Source: a virus
Lineage: Duplodnaviria > Caudoviricetes
Virus record (IMG/VR): IMGVR_UViG_3300021387_000796
Span: 96,001-160,000 of that record
Length of the DNA stretch: 64,000 bases
Strand: one strand, 5' to 3'
Below, piece by piece: positions 43,645 through 56,148 of the stretch. The stretch's first letter is position 1, and each line of letters starts with the position of its first letter. The notes beneath the pieces were generated by a model. It worked only from the letters and a program-made list of their open reading frames with translations, did no database searches and was not told the origin of the DNA. A program made the translations under genes and the position numbers.

Positions 43645-44715
43645 TTATGCACGTTTGCGAACATAAAAACGGAAATGGAAGCACTGCCCATGTTTTACAT
43701 TTACAATAACATTTGTATTGAAACCGCCTGCTCCGCTAGTCCACAATTCACATTCGGCTTTATCACCGACAACATACCCTTCGAGGTCGCCTTTAACCCC
43801 AACTTCGATATGCGACATATCGATAATTTTTCCAACAATGCCTTCAACGTCTTTAATCAGTTGGTCATATTTGCGGTCTTTTTCTTTAGCGATATCTTTA
43901 CGCATATTTTCTTCGAACGCTTCCTTTTTAGGAGACCACTTTGACTTGCCCCACTTTTCAATCTGTCTGATAGAAAAGTGTGATTCGTATTCTTCTCCAA
44001 GTTCATGCAAAGCACTACGAATTGCTTTGCTACATTCATCACGATACTTTGCGTTCTGATAGTATTCTTCGTATGTAGAATAAAACTCAGTATAAGGTGA
44101 ATCTTTCCACATTTCTGTAATCTGTTCTTTGTGTTCCCAAGAATTGCAAGTAATCATGTATTCAATAGAACTTTCAATTACAGATTTGTAATAAGATTCG
44201 TGTTCTTTTTCAAAATATTCAAATCTTTTCATCCAATAATCAGTAACTTCTTTTTCCCAATTGTTCAGAAATTCAACGATTACATTTACATCTTTTCCGT
44301 TCACTGAAACACTATGTAATTCAATACTTGCTTTTCGGTCAGCAACTTTCTTTTCTTCTTCTGCAATAGAGTCACGGTATTTCTGACAACGTTGTTCAAG
44401 TTCCTTAATTCCATCTTGTGTATTTACGATTGGATTGCTAGTCCATTTACTATAATCATAGAAAGTTGAAATATCGAAATATAACTGAGCAACTTCACTT
44501 GAATAATACTTTTCAAGTTTTCCATAGAGTGAAAGTTCATCTGTTTTAGCATCCATAGACTTGATAGAAACTTCATAATCTTCATTAGTGAGTTTCTTCC
44601 ACTGTGCTGAAAGTTTTGCTTTCTTATTTTCATATTTGGCAAGAAGAGCAATCTTCTTTGCAAGTTTTTCTTCGTTCTTTACCAAATTGATTTTCATCTT
44701 TTCTACATCTGCCAT
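43645..44715 (-). CDS. coiled-coil phage protein ending GAGGFN..QCFHFR
   Basis: own sigma70 promoter (TTGACA 44777-44772, TATAAT). Confidence 0.65.
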   Translation of the reverse strand: MADVEKMKINLVKNEEKLAKKIALLAKYENKKAKLSAQWKKLTNEDYEVSIKSMDAKTDELSLYGKLEKYYSSEVAQLYFDISTFYDYSKWTSNPIVNTQDGIKELEQRCQKYRDSIAEEEKKVADRKASIELHSVSVNGKDVNVIVEFLNNWEKEVTDYWMKRFEYFEKEHESYYKSVIESSIEYMITCNSWEHKEQITEMWKDSPYTEFYSTYEEYYQNAKYRDECSKAIRSALHELGEEYESHFSIRQIEKWGKSKWSPKKEAFEENMRKDIAKEKDRKYDQLIKDVEGIVGKIIDMSHIEVGVKGDLEGYVVGDKAECELWTSGAGGFNTNVIVNVKHGQCFHFRFYVRKRA

Positions 44716-44797
44716 AATTATTCCCTTCCTTATCTTTAGGATAATTAAATTATAGCAGATGTGTTTTTATTTGTCAAGCAAAATTATCAAATATTTA

Positions 44798-47582
44798 TTA
44801 TTTTCCCCATCCCTTGCATTCCTCGTATTCTTCTTCTGTAACTACAGTACATACGACTTTTTCATGCACCCCATTTTCATCAATTTCAACATCATGATAA
44901 TTTTCAAATACCACATATTCTTTTCCGTAAATTGTAACTGTAGAATCTTCGTATAATGGTTTTTCCAAATCAGCAGTAGCAATAATATTATCATTGTATT
45001 CAAATTCTGTTTTCATTATTTTTTTATCTCCTTATAACATTAACATTATATTTTTTGTTTTGATTTATAATCTATAGGTTATTCTTCAATAATACTGCCA
45101 ACATATTCAAGTGATTTATATCCGCAACCGTATTTCTTGTACTTTTCAATCTCATCTTCTCTTATGATAAAAGGATTAGGAATATACAAATATTCATGAT
45201 TTTTCAGTGTCGCTTCTTTTCCATCTTCACCAACATAATTATTGTATTCATCAAATCTTGCAGAACTTACTGTGTGATAATCAGTATCATTATAATAATG
45301 ATTAAATACCACTTTGTACATTTTAATGTGTTTCATATATTTATCTCCTTTTAATTTTTATTTTTCATCTTCCGCTAAATGAATTGCGATTTCCACACAA
45401 TCATCATACTCTATCATTTTGACCAATCCTTTTTCAATAAGTTCATTCATCATCTTTGTTTTGGAATCTTCTACAAAATCATTAAAATATTTTTCATTTA
45501 ATTTAGTGCTTGAATGATAAGGGTCTAAATTATAAAAAGGAATATACTTTTGAATCCTATATCTTATGATATGTCCATTATTTCTGATTTTCGTTTTTAA
45601 TTCATTTATCAGTGCTTCCTTTTCTTCTATTTCTCTATGTAGTAGTTCTATTGTTTTATTAGAGGTTTCTATCATGGTTGTTGCACGTCCGATTACATCA
45701 TCACGATACTTAATGTCTCTTTTTAATTTACATTCTTTTCTATGTGCTTTCCATAAAAGTTGAACTGCTTTTGATAACTTTTTCATTTTATTTTCTCCTT
45801 TTACCTAGCGTGAATTTTGTACCACAATTTGTACAAATACCAACAAAAGAACCTTTTCTTGATTGTTTCAATTCTCCATTACATTTATTACACTTCACTT
45901 GGGTAATCCGCTTTTCCATAAATTCGTCAATTTGTGAGGAATGGTTTTTTCTAGGCTTGCATTTTATTAATCCCAATTGTCTTGCTATTCGTTTATATTC
46001 TTTCCCCACCCAAGCCTCACAATCTCCATCTCCTAACATTTCCCCAAGACGAATAAATTGAGACCATAAGAATTCATTATCATCAAACGTTTTGTCCATA
46101 ATTTGATTCTCCTTTTTCAAACAAAATTTGAACTACTCTGTTTAACTCACTACCGTCAACATCTTTAAGTATATGATATCTTATATTGAATGGACTTTTT
46201 CCAAAAACTCGGTTCGCATAAGTTTCTTCACATCCATCGACACTCATATCAACAGAACATTCAAATTCTAAATCACCATATCCATCTTCTATTATTTTAT
46301 TCAAAGCGTTTCTTATTTCAATGATGTTCATTATTTTTCCTCTGTAATTTTTTCAAATTCAATTATATCATCAAAATCATATTCGTTAGCATCTTCGAGT
46401 ATCACAAATCGATTATCAGTAAAACTCCATATCAATTGACCTTTCTTTTTAAGTATGGTTGTACAATCATCATAATAATCATCATAATAGGTGAATACAA
46501 CTTCATCACCATTACAACTAGGTGTTCCATTTTTATCTTGAATATAACCACCTTTACAAAGATGAGATTCAATTTGAGGAAGAGAATCAAGAAAGTTCAT
46601 AGCCTTATCGTAATCTTCATTATATTCCTTATATCCATCTTCATGACAAGGTTTGATACAACAATCTTTTGCAAGATTTATTTGTTTCTTTATCCAATCA
46701 ATCAGTTCTTTAGTTTCTTTCTTCATTTTCATCCTCCTTAAACAATTCTTTTGCTTTCTCAAGTCTTTTATAATCACCGCTGATATGTATATCCAAGTCA
46801 TCAATACATCTATAAAGTAACTCTTTTCGTTTCTTTTCTTTAAGTTCTTTACTGTTTCTAATTTCTATCATCAATTTGATTGTGTTGTGAAACACCGCAT
46901 TGTCATAAAAGACCTCTTCACAAGAATCTACACCTTCTTTACCGCCCACGATATAACCGATGATTATACCAAATAAAATACATGTTATAGCGATAATCCA
47001 CATAATTTCTTTACCCCTTTATCTTATGAACTACCCACCACCTTAAAAGGTGGTGGCTTCTTGTTTATCCAACACAATCTTCTGTTTACTGTTGGTCAAA
47101 ATAAACTGTGTATCTTCACCATATTCCATAAAAGTATCGGCATTTTCCACAAATGCTTCCATAAGGGCATTCAAACCTTTCTCATTGTATAATTTGTTGT
47201 ACTTGAGAGCCATAGAATGTTTATAAAGCCAATTCTTCACATCAAGTAATGCTTTTGTGTAACCTTCTTTGCGAATAGATTCTTCATAAAAACCCATATT
47301 TACCTCTTATTTTATTTTCGTTTCAATTTTTAATTCATACCAACTTTCTCTAGGGAATTTTATATTCCACTCGTTCATTTCTTTGTCAGAATATTCAGAC
47401 AAAGGTTTCCAATCACTCAAAGGTTCTCTCGTATCACAAAATCCTTGTCCACCACAACAAAACTTTATGTATCTATAATATGCGGTTTTAGGTGTATAAA
47501 ATTCTGATTTCTGTTCAACCTTTGATTCTACATCTTTACCATTATCTATTTCTTCATAAATTTCTTTTAATTTTTCCATCAT
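44798..47582 (-). CDS. cluster of small hypothetical genes (45788-46096 has a C-terminal Zn ribbon)
   Basis: packed ORFs; CNKC...CTNC. Confidence 0.55.
47027..47062 (-). mobile_element. IS200/IS605-like end remnant
   Basis: - strand AAGAAGCCACCACC-TTTTAA-GGTGGTGGGTAGTTCA; supplies the QEATTF* end of ORF 47043-47297. Confidence 0.55.
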
Positions 47583-47656
47583 TTTTATAACTCCTCATAT
47601 TTGGCGAATTAAATACTGAATTTTTACTTAATTCGTCATTTTTGACTAATTAGATT

Positions 47657-49192
47657 TTATGCTCCAATAATTTTATTTACCAAATCATCTTTTATCATAT
47701 CTTTAATACGATTATAAATTCCCTTATCTCTAAAATAATTTATCACATAAGTTCTTGTAGATAAATGCTTCTTAGTACAAAGTTTCTTTATAAACTCATC
47801 TTCAAATACCGAAGTTATAAATTCTTTGGTAAGTTTCTTCTGCTGATTAAACTTATTCTTTTGTCTGCGTAATTCACCTACAAGTTCAATGATTGTAAAC
47901 TTAATTTCATCAGATATATTTTCATCATAACCATGATTCTTTTCTGATTCTTCTGTTAAAAAGTTATACATCATGGAAATATCATCCACAAGATATTCGT
48001 GAGTATCTAATGTATTCATGATTCTATCTTTATGTATGTTTACAAGATTACCACCAAAATCATACAGTTTCAGAATACTCAATTCATCAGAATAAAGTTT
48101 CTTATATGCTGAACTTGGAATCTCAAATCCAAATCTCGTTTTTAATGCAAATAAAAATCCTCTATCATGAAACTTGTCTTCAGTTTTCCAAACATTTGAA
48201 GCATACAACAATGATAAAAATTGAATATCATTAAGGTCTGTGAAAATTTTAATAGGTGCTGAATATTTCAGCAAGTTTTCATCAGTGATATACAACAATC
48301 TTTTATAGCCATCAATGAGTTGATACTTGTTAGTTTTACTATCAAAATTTAATGTAATTGGTTGAGATTCCAAGTTCTGTAGATACTCAAGTTCACCCAC
48401 AGAGTTATTCTGATTGATTACTGAATTTACGGCATTATCAAAAAGTTCTCTTGCTTTAGATTCATTAATATGTACAGAAACTTTAATCATATCGTAATCA
48501 TAAAACTTTACCTTATCAGAAATAGAATCATCTTTTATATGAGTATCAAAATAAATAATGGATGTCTGCGAAAATCCACAACCATCATCAAATTTATTTT
48601 TATTTACTTCATATACATTCAAAAAGTCTATATTAATATTTTGATTGACATTCAAAGAAGATGGTAATCCTTCAAATCTGTCAAAATCATTTTTAGTGAT
48701 TTTATATTTATCACCAAACTTTTCTTTCATCCATGAAGTTATGTATTCTTTTGCTGATTTTTCAACATCAGATTTTAATTTACTGCATATATCTTTAAGT
48801 TCTCTTGAAAATTTAAAACTTGCGTTTTTCAAACTTACCGACATATTAGGATGTTTATCATTAAGATAATGGGTCATGATTTCTATCGTAGCAGTAGGTT
48901 CTTCTTTCTGATATTCTGCTAACAAAGCATTAAACTTTTCATCATATATTTTCTGAACGAGGTCTTTACTGTCATCAAGATAAAATTGATATTCATCTTG
49001 TATAAGTTTAATATCATTTCGATTTTCTTCTGTCAAACAAGATTTATATTCCAAATCGATTTTTGATTTTTCGTGAAATCCTTTTAATATATCAAGTGGA
49101 GTAAGATTATTCTGTTTTACAAGAATTTCTCTTAATTCCTTGAGATTCATATCTTTAATTTCATAATCGGCTTTTACTAAATTGCTATACAT
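47657..49192 (-). CDS. protein with a ParB/Srx-like domain
   Basis: QPITL...YQLIDGYKRL. Confidence 0.55.
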   Translation of the reverse strand: MYSNLVKADYEIKDMNLKELREILVKQNNLTPLDILKGFHEKSKIDLEYKSCLTEENRNDIKLIQDEYQFYLDDSKDLVQKIYDEKFNALLAEYQKEEPTATIEIMTHYLNDKHPNMSVSLKNASFKFSRELKDICSKLKSDVEKSAKEYITSWMKEKFGDKYKITKNDFDRFEGLPSSLNVNQNINIDFLNVYEVNKNKFDDGCGFSQTSIIYFDTHIKDDSISDKVKFYDYDMIKVSVHINESKARELFDNAVNSVINQNNSVGELEYLQNLESQPITLNFDSKTNKYQLIDGYKRLLYITDENLLKYSAPIKIFTDLNDIQFLSLLYASNVWKTEDKFHDRGFLFALKTRFGFEIPSSAYKKLYSDELSILKLYDFGGNLVNIHKDRIMNTLDTHEYLVDDISMMYNFLTEESEKNHGYDENISDEIKFTIIELVGELRRQKNKFNQQKKLTKEFITSVFEDEFIKKLCTKKHLSTRTYVINYFRDKGIYNRIKDMIKDDLVNKIIGA

Positions 49193-49275
49193 ACAACATC
49201 ACCACCATTTATAAAAAAATTATCCTTATGAAAATAATATCATAAGGATAATATATTGTCAAAGAAAATTATAAA

Positions 49276-50610
49276 TTAATTATTTGGTTCTTGTCCTTCT
49301 TCTTTCAATTCAAGGAATACGGGAAATCTCAAAGATTTAATATGCGTTGTAGTATTTTCAGTCTGCTCGAAATACTGTACAGAAATTACTCTACCTATCA
49401 ATTCATCTTTTATGTCGTAAAACCTAATCCTTTCATCTTCACTGTATCCAGAACCAACTTTGGCTTCAATATGCCCAAGAGTAGGATGTTCTATATCACA
49501 AATTAAAGCACCAAGTCTACCTTTATTAGCATTAGTTCCTTCTTCAACTCCACGAATAATTAAATCCATTTCATCAAATGCTTTTACTTTTAGCCAATCA
49601 TTAGTTCTTTTCCAAGAATATTTACTGTCCAAAAATTTTATAACAAGACCTTCCCAATCGTCAGTTCGAACAATTCCTTTCATAAATTCTTCGATTTTAG
49701 AAGGGTCGTTTCCAACATAAATATCTTCTACAAAATTAAGATGTTTATGTTCTGTAGAACTAAGAATATCTCTAAGTTTATTATGTCGTTCTTTGTATGT
49801 AAATGGACAATCTTTTTTATTCCAATCAGAAAGACTCATACAATCAAAAACATTAAATGTTATTCCACGTTTTTCTTTATCTTTAGTGGAAATAAGTTTA
49901 CTTGTCATTTTATATACGTCTTTAGAAGGATATTTCATAAAATCATCAATTGTAAGTTCACCATCAAATACAATGTTATCCGCTTTAAGATTTTTAATAT
50001 CTTCTTCTACTTCAATAAGACCTTCCCAAGTTTTACCTTGTCGAGAAATAATTTTAACATTTCCGTTCTCTTTAACAACAATACCCCTGTTGCCATCGAT
50101 TTTTACGGAGATTCCAAATTCTCGTGTTCCGTCTACAAGGCTAGGTTTATCGTAATATTTTGCACACAAACAACAATCCCATGTAGGTACAAGATTAGGA
50201 ATTGCTTTATTCAAAATTTTAACATCGAATCCTAAAGGAAGATTGCGAGTAACAACTCGATTAAAAAATTCTTTTTCTTCATCATTCTTACAAAGATGAT
50301 TTCTATACCATTGCATTGTACGAATATCATCGTCTGTACCTGTTTTATGAAGTTCGAGATATTTAAATACATTAAAGATTGTAGTGGTTTCATCTAAAGT
50401 ATTACTTTTATAATTCTCAAACATATCATCAGCAAGAGCCTTATTAATCTTCTTGTCCGAAAGTCCACTTACAATCGAGGAGTCAAAGACCCAGCGAAGA
50501 AAGTTCTTGAAATCTTCATCAGTAATTGAAGCAAGAAATTCTTTCTTTTCATTTGTACTCGAAATCGATTTAATTTTGTTACACGATTCCATGATTTGTG
50601 TAAAATTCAT
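49276..50610 (-). CDS. ATP-dependent DNA ligase
   Basis: KIDGNR, FDGEL, VFD, EGLVIK, LKVK, VGSG, SLRFPVF. Confidence 0.93.
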   Translation of the reverse strand: MNFTQIMESCNKIKSISSTNEKKEFLASITDEDFKNFLRWVFDSSIVSGLSDKKINKALADDMFENYKSNTLDETTTIFNVFKYLELHKTGTDDDIRTMQWYRNHLCKNDEEKEFFNRVVTRNLPLGFDVKILNKAIPNLVPTWDCCLCAKYYDKPSLVDGTREFGISVKIDGNRGIVVKENGNVKIISRQGKTWEGLIEVEEDIKNLKADNIVFDGELTIDDFMKYPSKDVYKMTSKLISTKDKEKRGITFNVFDCMSLSDWNKKDCPFTYKERHNKLRDILSSTEHKHLNFVEDIYVGNDPSKIEEFMKGIVRTDDWEGLVIKFLDSKYSWKRTNDWLKVKAFDEMDLIIRGVEEGTNANKGRLGALICDIEHPTLGHIEAKVGSGYSEDERIRFYDIKDELIGRVISVQYFEQTENTTTHIKSLRFPVFLELKEEGQEPNN

Positions 50611-50639
50611 ATTATTCCTCCATATAATTTATAAATAAC

Positions 50640-51240
50640 TTAATCCTCTTTGATTTCTTCATCACTGCAAAAATCATCATCTTCCATAGGGTAAAAATGA
50701 TAATCATGCCCATTATCTGTGAAATATTTTATATAATTAGAAATCTCATCATATTTACTAAATCTGTCTACCGTGCTGAAACCATCCCAATCACAACCGT
50801 CTGAATCGTCTTTTATTTTTACGACAATTTCTTTATTGTGGTCTAGTAAATCTAAAATTTTAATAGCCTTTGCGAATGTCATATCATTTCTCCTTTTTTA
50901 CAATAGCACTAACTTTACATTCATCATTATTAATATTAAACGTAATATCGCTCATTTTACATTTATATTTTTTAGCCAAGATTTTTCTTAAATCATTCTC
51001 GTTTACATCTATAAATTCCAATTCTTTCACATATTCATCAAAAATTTCATTTGTAGATTTTTCAAATTCTCCAACAAATGACAAATCTCTATCTAATAAA
51101 TTAATCGACCAAGTACCTAAAAAATTAGATTTAATTGAGATTATATCATCGGTATTGAAGTAATAATCATTTTTATAAGTACCATGTTCTTTATCTATTT
51201 TGAACATAAAGGGTTTGATTACTTTACATTGTATGTACAT
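50640..51240 (-). CDS. two hypothetical proteins (50640-50882, 50884-51240)
   Basis: packed ORFs. Confidence 0.55.
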
Positions 51241-51292
51241 ATTTTATCTCCATATTATTCGTTCATATTTTAAAGTATGTTTGATATTATTT

Positions 51293-51796
51293 TTATCTGA
51301 AAATTGAAAAATCTATCTTAAACTTCCAATTTTTCTTTGATGAAAAGAAATCTTCGGCATCGTTCATCATTGTAATACCACGCTCAGCGTCTAAGAGTTT
51401 ATAAGGTGAATCACCTTCATTCTTTTGCCAATAATAGAAATCTACACTATCAGCATTAGATTCGCCAACAATAAATGATTCTTGGTCATATCCATTATAT
51501 CCAAATATCTCTTCCGCAATATCTATATCAAGATTTGGAAGAATGTATGAGTTTTCTTTATTACCATACGAACCGACAATTTTGATAAATGGTATATGAA
51601 GTTCATTCATTTCCGATTCAAATTCATCACAACGAATTTTATTTTCTTTTGAACTCAATCTTTGACCCATTGGATTTTCAGGTGTTCCTATAACAAATTG
51701 CTTTATTCTAGGGTCTTTACCTAAAAGAATTGTTTTCAAACGAGTCATTGTATTTTCTGTTAAACTTTCATTCAAATATAATATTTCTGATTTCAT
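51293..51796 (-). CDS. phage protein with T.ENP..EN..R / G.YG..E.S motifs (DUF3293-like) and an N-terminal LNES-LTE
   Basis: motif recognition; CAACTAT at 51817-51823. Confidence 0.55.
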   Translation of the reverse strand: MKSEILYLNESLTENTMTRLKTILLGKDPRIKQFVIGTPENPMGQRLSSKENKIRCDEFESEMNELHIPFIKIVGSYGNKENSYILPNLDIDIAEEIFGYNGYDQESFIVGESNADSVDFYYWQKNEGDSPYKLLDAERGITMMNDAEDFFSSKKNWKFKIDFSIFR

Positions 51797-51857
51797 AATT
51801 TTTACCTCAAATAAAAATAGTTGTGGTGGAATTAAAAAAAACTCCACCACAAATTAC

Positions 51858-52974
51858 CTATTTATTTTGAGAATTATACTTTTTTATAATTTCCGCAAAA
51901 TCAAGGTCAGTTCCATACATTTCATTATACACTTTTGCTAATATTGAAAATGGAGAGTTCACTTCAAACTCTTTACCATTTACAGAAACAACCGCACTAG
52001 CGATTTTGCTTTTAACAAGTTTAATATTAACATCTTTCATGGCAGACCTCCTCTACGAAAAATAATATCACAGTCATGTATATTTGTCAAGTAAAATTAT
52101 AATTTAATCTTTAAATTTATTATATTTTTGTTCTGTTCCAATCCAACCGATAAATACACCTAGAAAGAACATAACCATTATAATCAAAACAATACCCATA
52201 ATTTTAATCCTTCAAACTTTTCAAAGTAATTGCCTTCGATTCTGTTACGCTCTTATACTTGTTGATTAAGTCACCACGACCACAAAGTTTGATAGCCTTT
52301 TCAGTAACAGTAAATCCTTTACGACATTCTTCATCTGTAAGTTCATCTACAATTTTACTATCCAAACTTGATGATTTCTTGATAGAAAGTTCAAGTGATT
52401 TTCCGAACTCTTTATTTTCCCACAATGTAGGATTTTCGACTTTATTTTTCAATTCTTCATCACAAACTTTAATGAATGCTTCCGCTTTTTCTTTGATAAT
52501 AGAAACAAGAATTCTTTTTCTTGCACATTCTTCATTTGATTCAAATTCCGTAAAATTAACCCATTTGTCATTATCGATTAGTTCTTCAAACAACTTCAAC
52601 ATTTCTTCTTTCATACACATATCTCCTTATTTATTGTTCATCTCTTTAATCAAATCAATTAAAGCATTAGTTCCATCTTCATCGCATTCTTGATTTGCCT
52701 TTTTATCGCTGAATTTAATTAATTCAGTAATGTATTTATCTACTTCTTCTCTACTTCCACAACCTAAATCCATAAATTCTTTCACTTGTCGCTCATAGAT
52801 TTCTTGATATGGATTAGGTTTATATTTGTTCTTGTAGAAGGTCTTCACTGCATACATCATTGATTCAATCATTCCATCAAATTCAGTTTTATTGTCATCG
52901 TTTTGATGTACCCAATCGGAAATTCCATTTGGGATAGAAACACTAACTCCACTTATATCTATTGTCATTTTCAC
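51858..52974 (-). CDS. small hypothetical proteins (51858-52040, 52204-52620, 52627-52974)
   Basis: RBSs; promoter -35 at 52085-52090. Confidence 0.55.
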
Positions 52975-53633
52975 TCCTTATAATCCTTGATTCCATCTAC
53001 AAAATCTTTTACCTTGATTTTGCAGATTACACGACTACCATTATTGTCATACAATTCTATTGGTGAACGCAAAACAAAGCCTTCAAGTTTATAATCTGAA
53101 TTAAGCCAACTCTGTGGACGTGTTTTTACATATTCGATTGCTTTTTTAATTGTCATCATCTCTTCATGAGGATAAATCAAATCAAGTTTCTTTGCAATCT
53201 CAATTACTGATTCACGATTATAAAAAGTTCCATTTTCATTCTGAATGTCGTACATAATGAAGTTTCCATCGGCATACCCATAATGAACATTATAATCTTT
53301 TGAAATTCCTTCACCATAAATTGTAACTGCTTTATCACCAAAGATTTCTTCAATTACAGACTCAAATTCAGAAGTTCCGAACGTCTTATTCAAATATTCC
53401 AAATAACGTGGAGCGAACTGTGATTTATCAGTATGTCCTACAAATGAAATACGTTCTCCATTCCACACAATACCCACTGATGTACCATCAACCTTTTCAG
53501 AAGCATACATCTTGATATTGTTATCATAAAACATCTGAATCCAAGGTTTTGCAAAAATGCTAGTGTCTACCAATCTGTCTTTTGGTGTAGCACGTCCAAA
53601 CGGTGCTGAAATTTTTGGAAAGTTATGAGCCAT
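52971..53633 (-). CDS. RNA ligase (Rnl2-like nucleotidyltransferase)
   Basis: EKVDGT (motif I), IYGE, MYDI, EGFVLR, KIK. Confidence 0.8.
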   Translation of the reverse strand: MAHNFPKISAPFGRATPKDRLVDTSIFAKPWIQMFYDNNIKMYASEKVDGTSVGIVWNGERISFVGHTDKSQFAPRYLEYLNKTFGTSEFESVIEEIFGDKAVTIYGEGISKDYNVHYGYADGNFIMYDIQNENGTFYNRESVIEIAKKLDLIYPHEEMMTIKKAIEYVKTRPQSWLNSDYKLEGFVLRSPIELYDNNGSRVICKIKVKDFVDGIKDYKE

Positions 53634-53634
53634 A

Positions 53635-54729
53635 TTATTTATCCTCCTTGTTATTCTTTTCATATTCTATACATTCGTCTCGCCACATGTCAATCATTCT
53701 TATGATTTCATCAACTGTATAATATCGTTCCGATAAGTCTATTATTTTATTCAAACAATCACCTAGTAAAGTGTAGTTGTGCCATATAACCCACTTTTCG
53801 AAGAAGAACTTTCTCTGTAGATTTCGGAATACTTTCTTTAATCCCCACATAAAGTTTACTTTCTTCCATTCCTTTCCACGAAGTCTTTGATTACACTTGA
53901 AAACCCATTTCAAATTCTTGATTGGAATTGTCGGAACAAGTTCTATCCCTTTGTAAGAAAGTTTGAAAGTGAACTGTGGGTCTTTATATTCCTTCTTGTA
54001 TTTACCAAAGTTTATCTCTTCATCAAAGAATGATACATAAAACTCCAATTCATTTTCTTCATCACAGATTTCTTTACAAATCCATTCCAATTCTTCACGA
54101 CAATCTTCAATAGATGTGTGTGACCATCGGCAATTTGTGAGTAATCCTACTTTGCCATTCTTTGGATTTACAAACGAAGTGCAACCACCTATATAAGATG
54201 TTGAAAACAATGAAACATCAAAAATGTTTATATCGAGAATGTATGGTTTTGCTCCCCACCAAGATTCCCATTTACTATATCGTTTATGCCAATCTTCTGA
54301 ACTTTCTTCCGCTTTATATTTTGGTCTTCCACACACATCATCAATAATTTTATTCAGCAGACGATTGTTTCCTTGTTCACCAACGATAGAAGTTTCACAT
54401 CGCATGATAATTTCGTTTCGTAAATTTTTATCTTTGATGTAAAATGGTTTTCCGTCTTTTCCACTTATTGCTACGGATGCCCATTTATCAGAAGGAATAA
54501 ATTGAAAGAGTTCGTCAATCATAGAATAATTTCCGTCTGACCTAGGATGAAGATGAATGTAATTTTCATCATGTAAATCCATATCTTTGATATCCGAATA
54601 AAATATTTTATCAATTTTCACCTTGCATAACGCTTCCTTAAAACAATTCATGGTCTGTTGAGAATTTATGAAATGAATTTGTTTATCGTTGATTGATTCA
54701 ACTGCATCATTATAACATACAAAGTTCAT
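53635..54729 (-). CDS. hypothetical protein
   Basis: 364-aa ORF with AGGAG RBS. Confidence 0.65.
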   Translation of the reverse strand: MNFVCYNDAVESINDKQIHFINSQQTMNCFKEALCKVKIDKIFYSDIKDMDLHDENYIHLHPRSDGNYSMIDELFQFIPSDKWASVAISGKDGKPFYIKDKNLRNEIIMRCETSIVGEQGNNRLLNKIIDDVCGRPKYKAEESSEDWHKRYSKWESWWGAKPYILDINIFDVSLFSTSYIGGCTSFVNPKNGKVGLLTNCRWSHTSIEDCREELEWICKEICDEENELEFYVSFFDEEINFGKYKKEYKDPQFTFKLSYKGIELVPTIPIKNLKWVFKCNQRLRGKEWKKVNFMWGLKKVFRNLQRKFFFEKWVIWHNYTLLGDCLNKIIDLSERYYTVDEIIRMIDMWRDECIEYEKNNKEDK

Positions 54730-54737
54730 ATTTACTC

Positions 54738-55616
54738 CTATTTATCTCCACCTTCAATTCCAAAGTGATAAGCGATTTTATTAGAATCATCGCCAAACAA
54801 CTGATTAAACATATCTCGCATAGATTTCTTTTCTGATTCATAATTCCCAAACTTTTCGTGCAACCAATCATCAAACTTGAATACATTAAAAATTGGTCTA
54901 TTCATAATCATACTCATCTGTATATCTGCAAGATTTCGAACAACTTTATGAGGAACACCTTTATCTGTGAGTGCATTAGCCATATCAGACCATGAATAAA
55001 GTTTTTCAATATTTTTCTGATAAGTTCCACTCTTATGAAAAAGTTCATTGTTTTCTATTGTGATTTGATAATCGTTATTTGAAGCAATCGGCATAAACAA
55101 CATCATGTTCAAAACATCATCATTCAGAATATCGTTACTGTAAACTTCAATCATAATATTCTTTGTTATGTCTTCTTTATTTACATAAAGTTTGGTTTCA
55201 AGATTTTTATTATCATTGAAAAATTCATTCACTACATGAATAATCGGAACAGAAAGTACAAAATCAAAATCCTTAAAATAAACTTTGTTGCTCAAAGCAT
55301 CTTTATATGAAAGTTCTTTATCAAACAAAGTTTCATTTGCAAGGTAAACTTCTGACCTAAATAATTTACAATCTACTTCAATTAAATTGTCTTTAGAATA
55401 AAGGACTTTTCTGTAATTAAAAGTATGATAATCAAAATCTTTATAAGCATTCTTTTTGAGATATTCTACATCTTTTGATTCATCAAATAGTTCTTTTGAG
55501 ATGACCATAAAACGACCATCTGTAAAAACACATTCTTTTAATTCTTTATTGTGATAAACTTTTGCATAAGTTTCGTGTTTAGAATTACAATACATGTAAT
55601 TTTTGAAATTCTTCAT
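54738..55616 (-). CDS. hypothetical protein
   Basis: 292-aa ORF with its own sigma70 promoter (55657-55662). Confidence 0.65.
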   Translation of the reverse strand: MKNFKNYMYCNSKHETYAKVYHNKELKECVFTDGRFMVISKELFDESKDVEYLKKNAYKDFDYHTFNYRKVLYSKDNLIEVDCKLFRSEVYLANETLFDKELSYKDALSNKVYFKDFDFVLSVPIIHVVNEFFNDNKNLETKLYVNKEDITKNIMIEVYSNDILNDDVLNMMLFMPIASNNDYQITIENNELFHKSGTYQKNIEKLYSWSDMANALTDKGVPHKVVRNLADIQMSMIMNRPIFNVFKFDDWLHEKFGNYESEKKSMRDMFNQLFGDDSNKIAYHFGIEGGDK

Positions 55617-55671
55617 ATATACTCCTTATGAAAAATATATCACAGAGAAATTAAATTGTCAAGAATTTTTG

Positions 55672-55830
55672 TTATTTTTCTTGCACTTCTACGAAAGAAA
55701 TTTTCGGCATGGAATAGATGAAAGTTTCTGATTGAGTCGTGACTTTATATGTTTTGGAATTTATATCTCGACTGATTATATCTTGGATTTTGATTTCTTG
55801 TTTATCTGTGAAATGAATAATTATGCTCAA
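55672..55830 (-). CDS. small protein, TTG start
   Basis: AGGAG RBS; CAACTAT at 55866-55872. Confidence 0.5.
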   Translation of the reverse strand: MSIIIHFTDKQEIKIQDIISRDINSKTYKVTTQSETFIYSMPKISFVEVQEK

Positions 55831-55872
55831 CTTTCTATCTCCTATTAAAATGGGATATGGGAAAGATAGTTG

Positions 55873-56148
55873 AAAAAAAAAATGCCACCACAAAAGGTAG
55901 CACTCGCTCGATACGGTGAAGTCGTTTAAGGACGCTCGATAGCACACATCCGCTCCGATGAGGAATTTCCTACATCTTGGTCTTAGTCGTTAGACTGCCA
56001 AATAATCTTTCTTCATTTGTTCTTATCGCACATATCTCCCTTCACGCTGAAATATGCTTGGTCAAGAAGCACCATGTCGTTTTTCCGAGATACGATAACT
56101 CACAAACTCATTTGGGTTAGGACGGTAGAGTTTGTTATTTCCAACCAT
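55873..56148 (-). ncRNA. candidate structured ncRNA (about 270 nt)
   Basis: TAACTAT at 56156-56162, GC-richer multi-hairpin body, terminator TGCTACC/GGTGGCA followed by T10. Confidence 0.5.
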
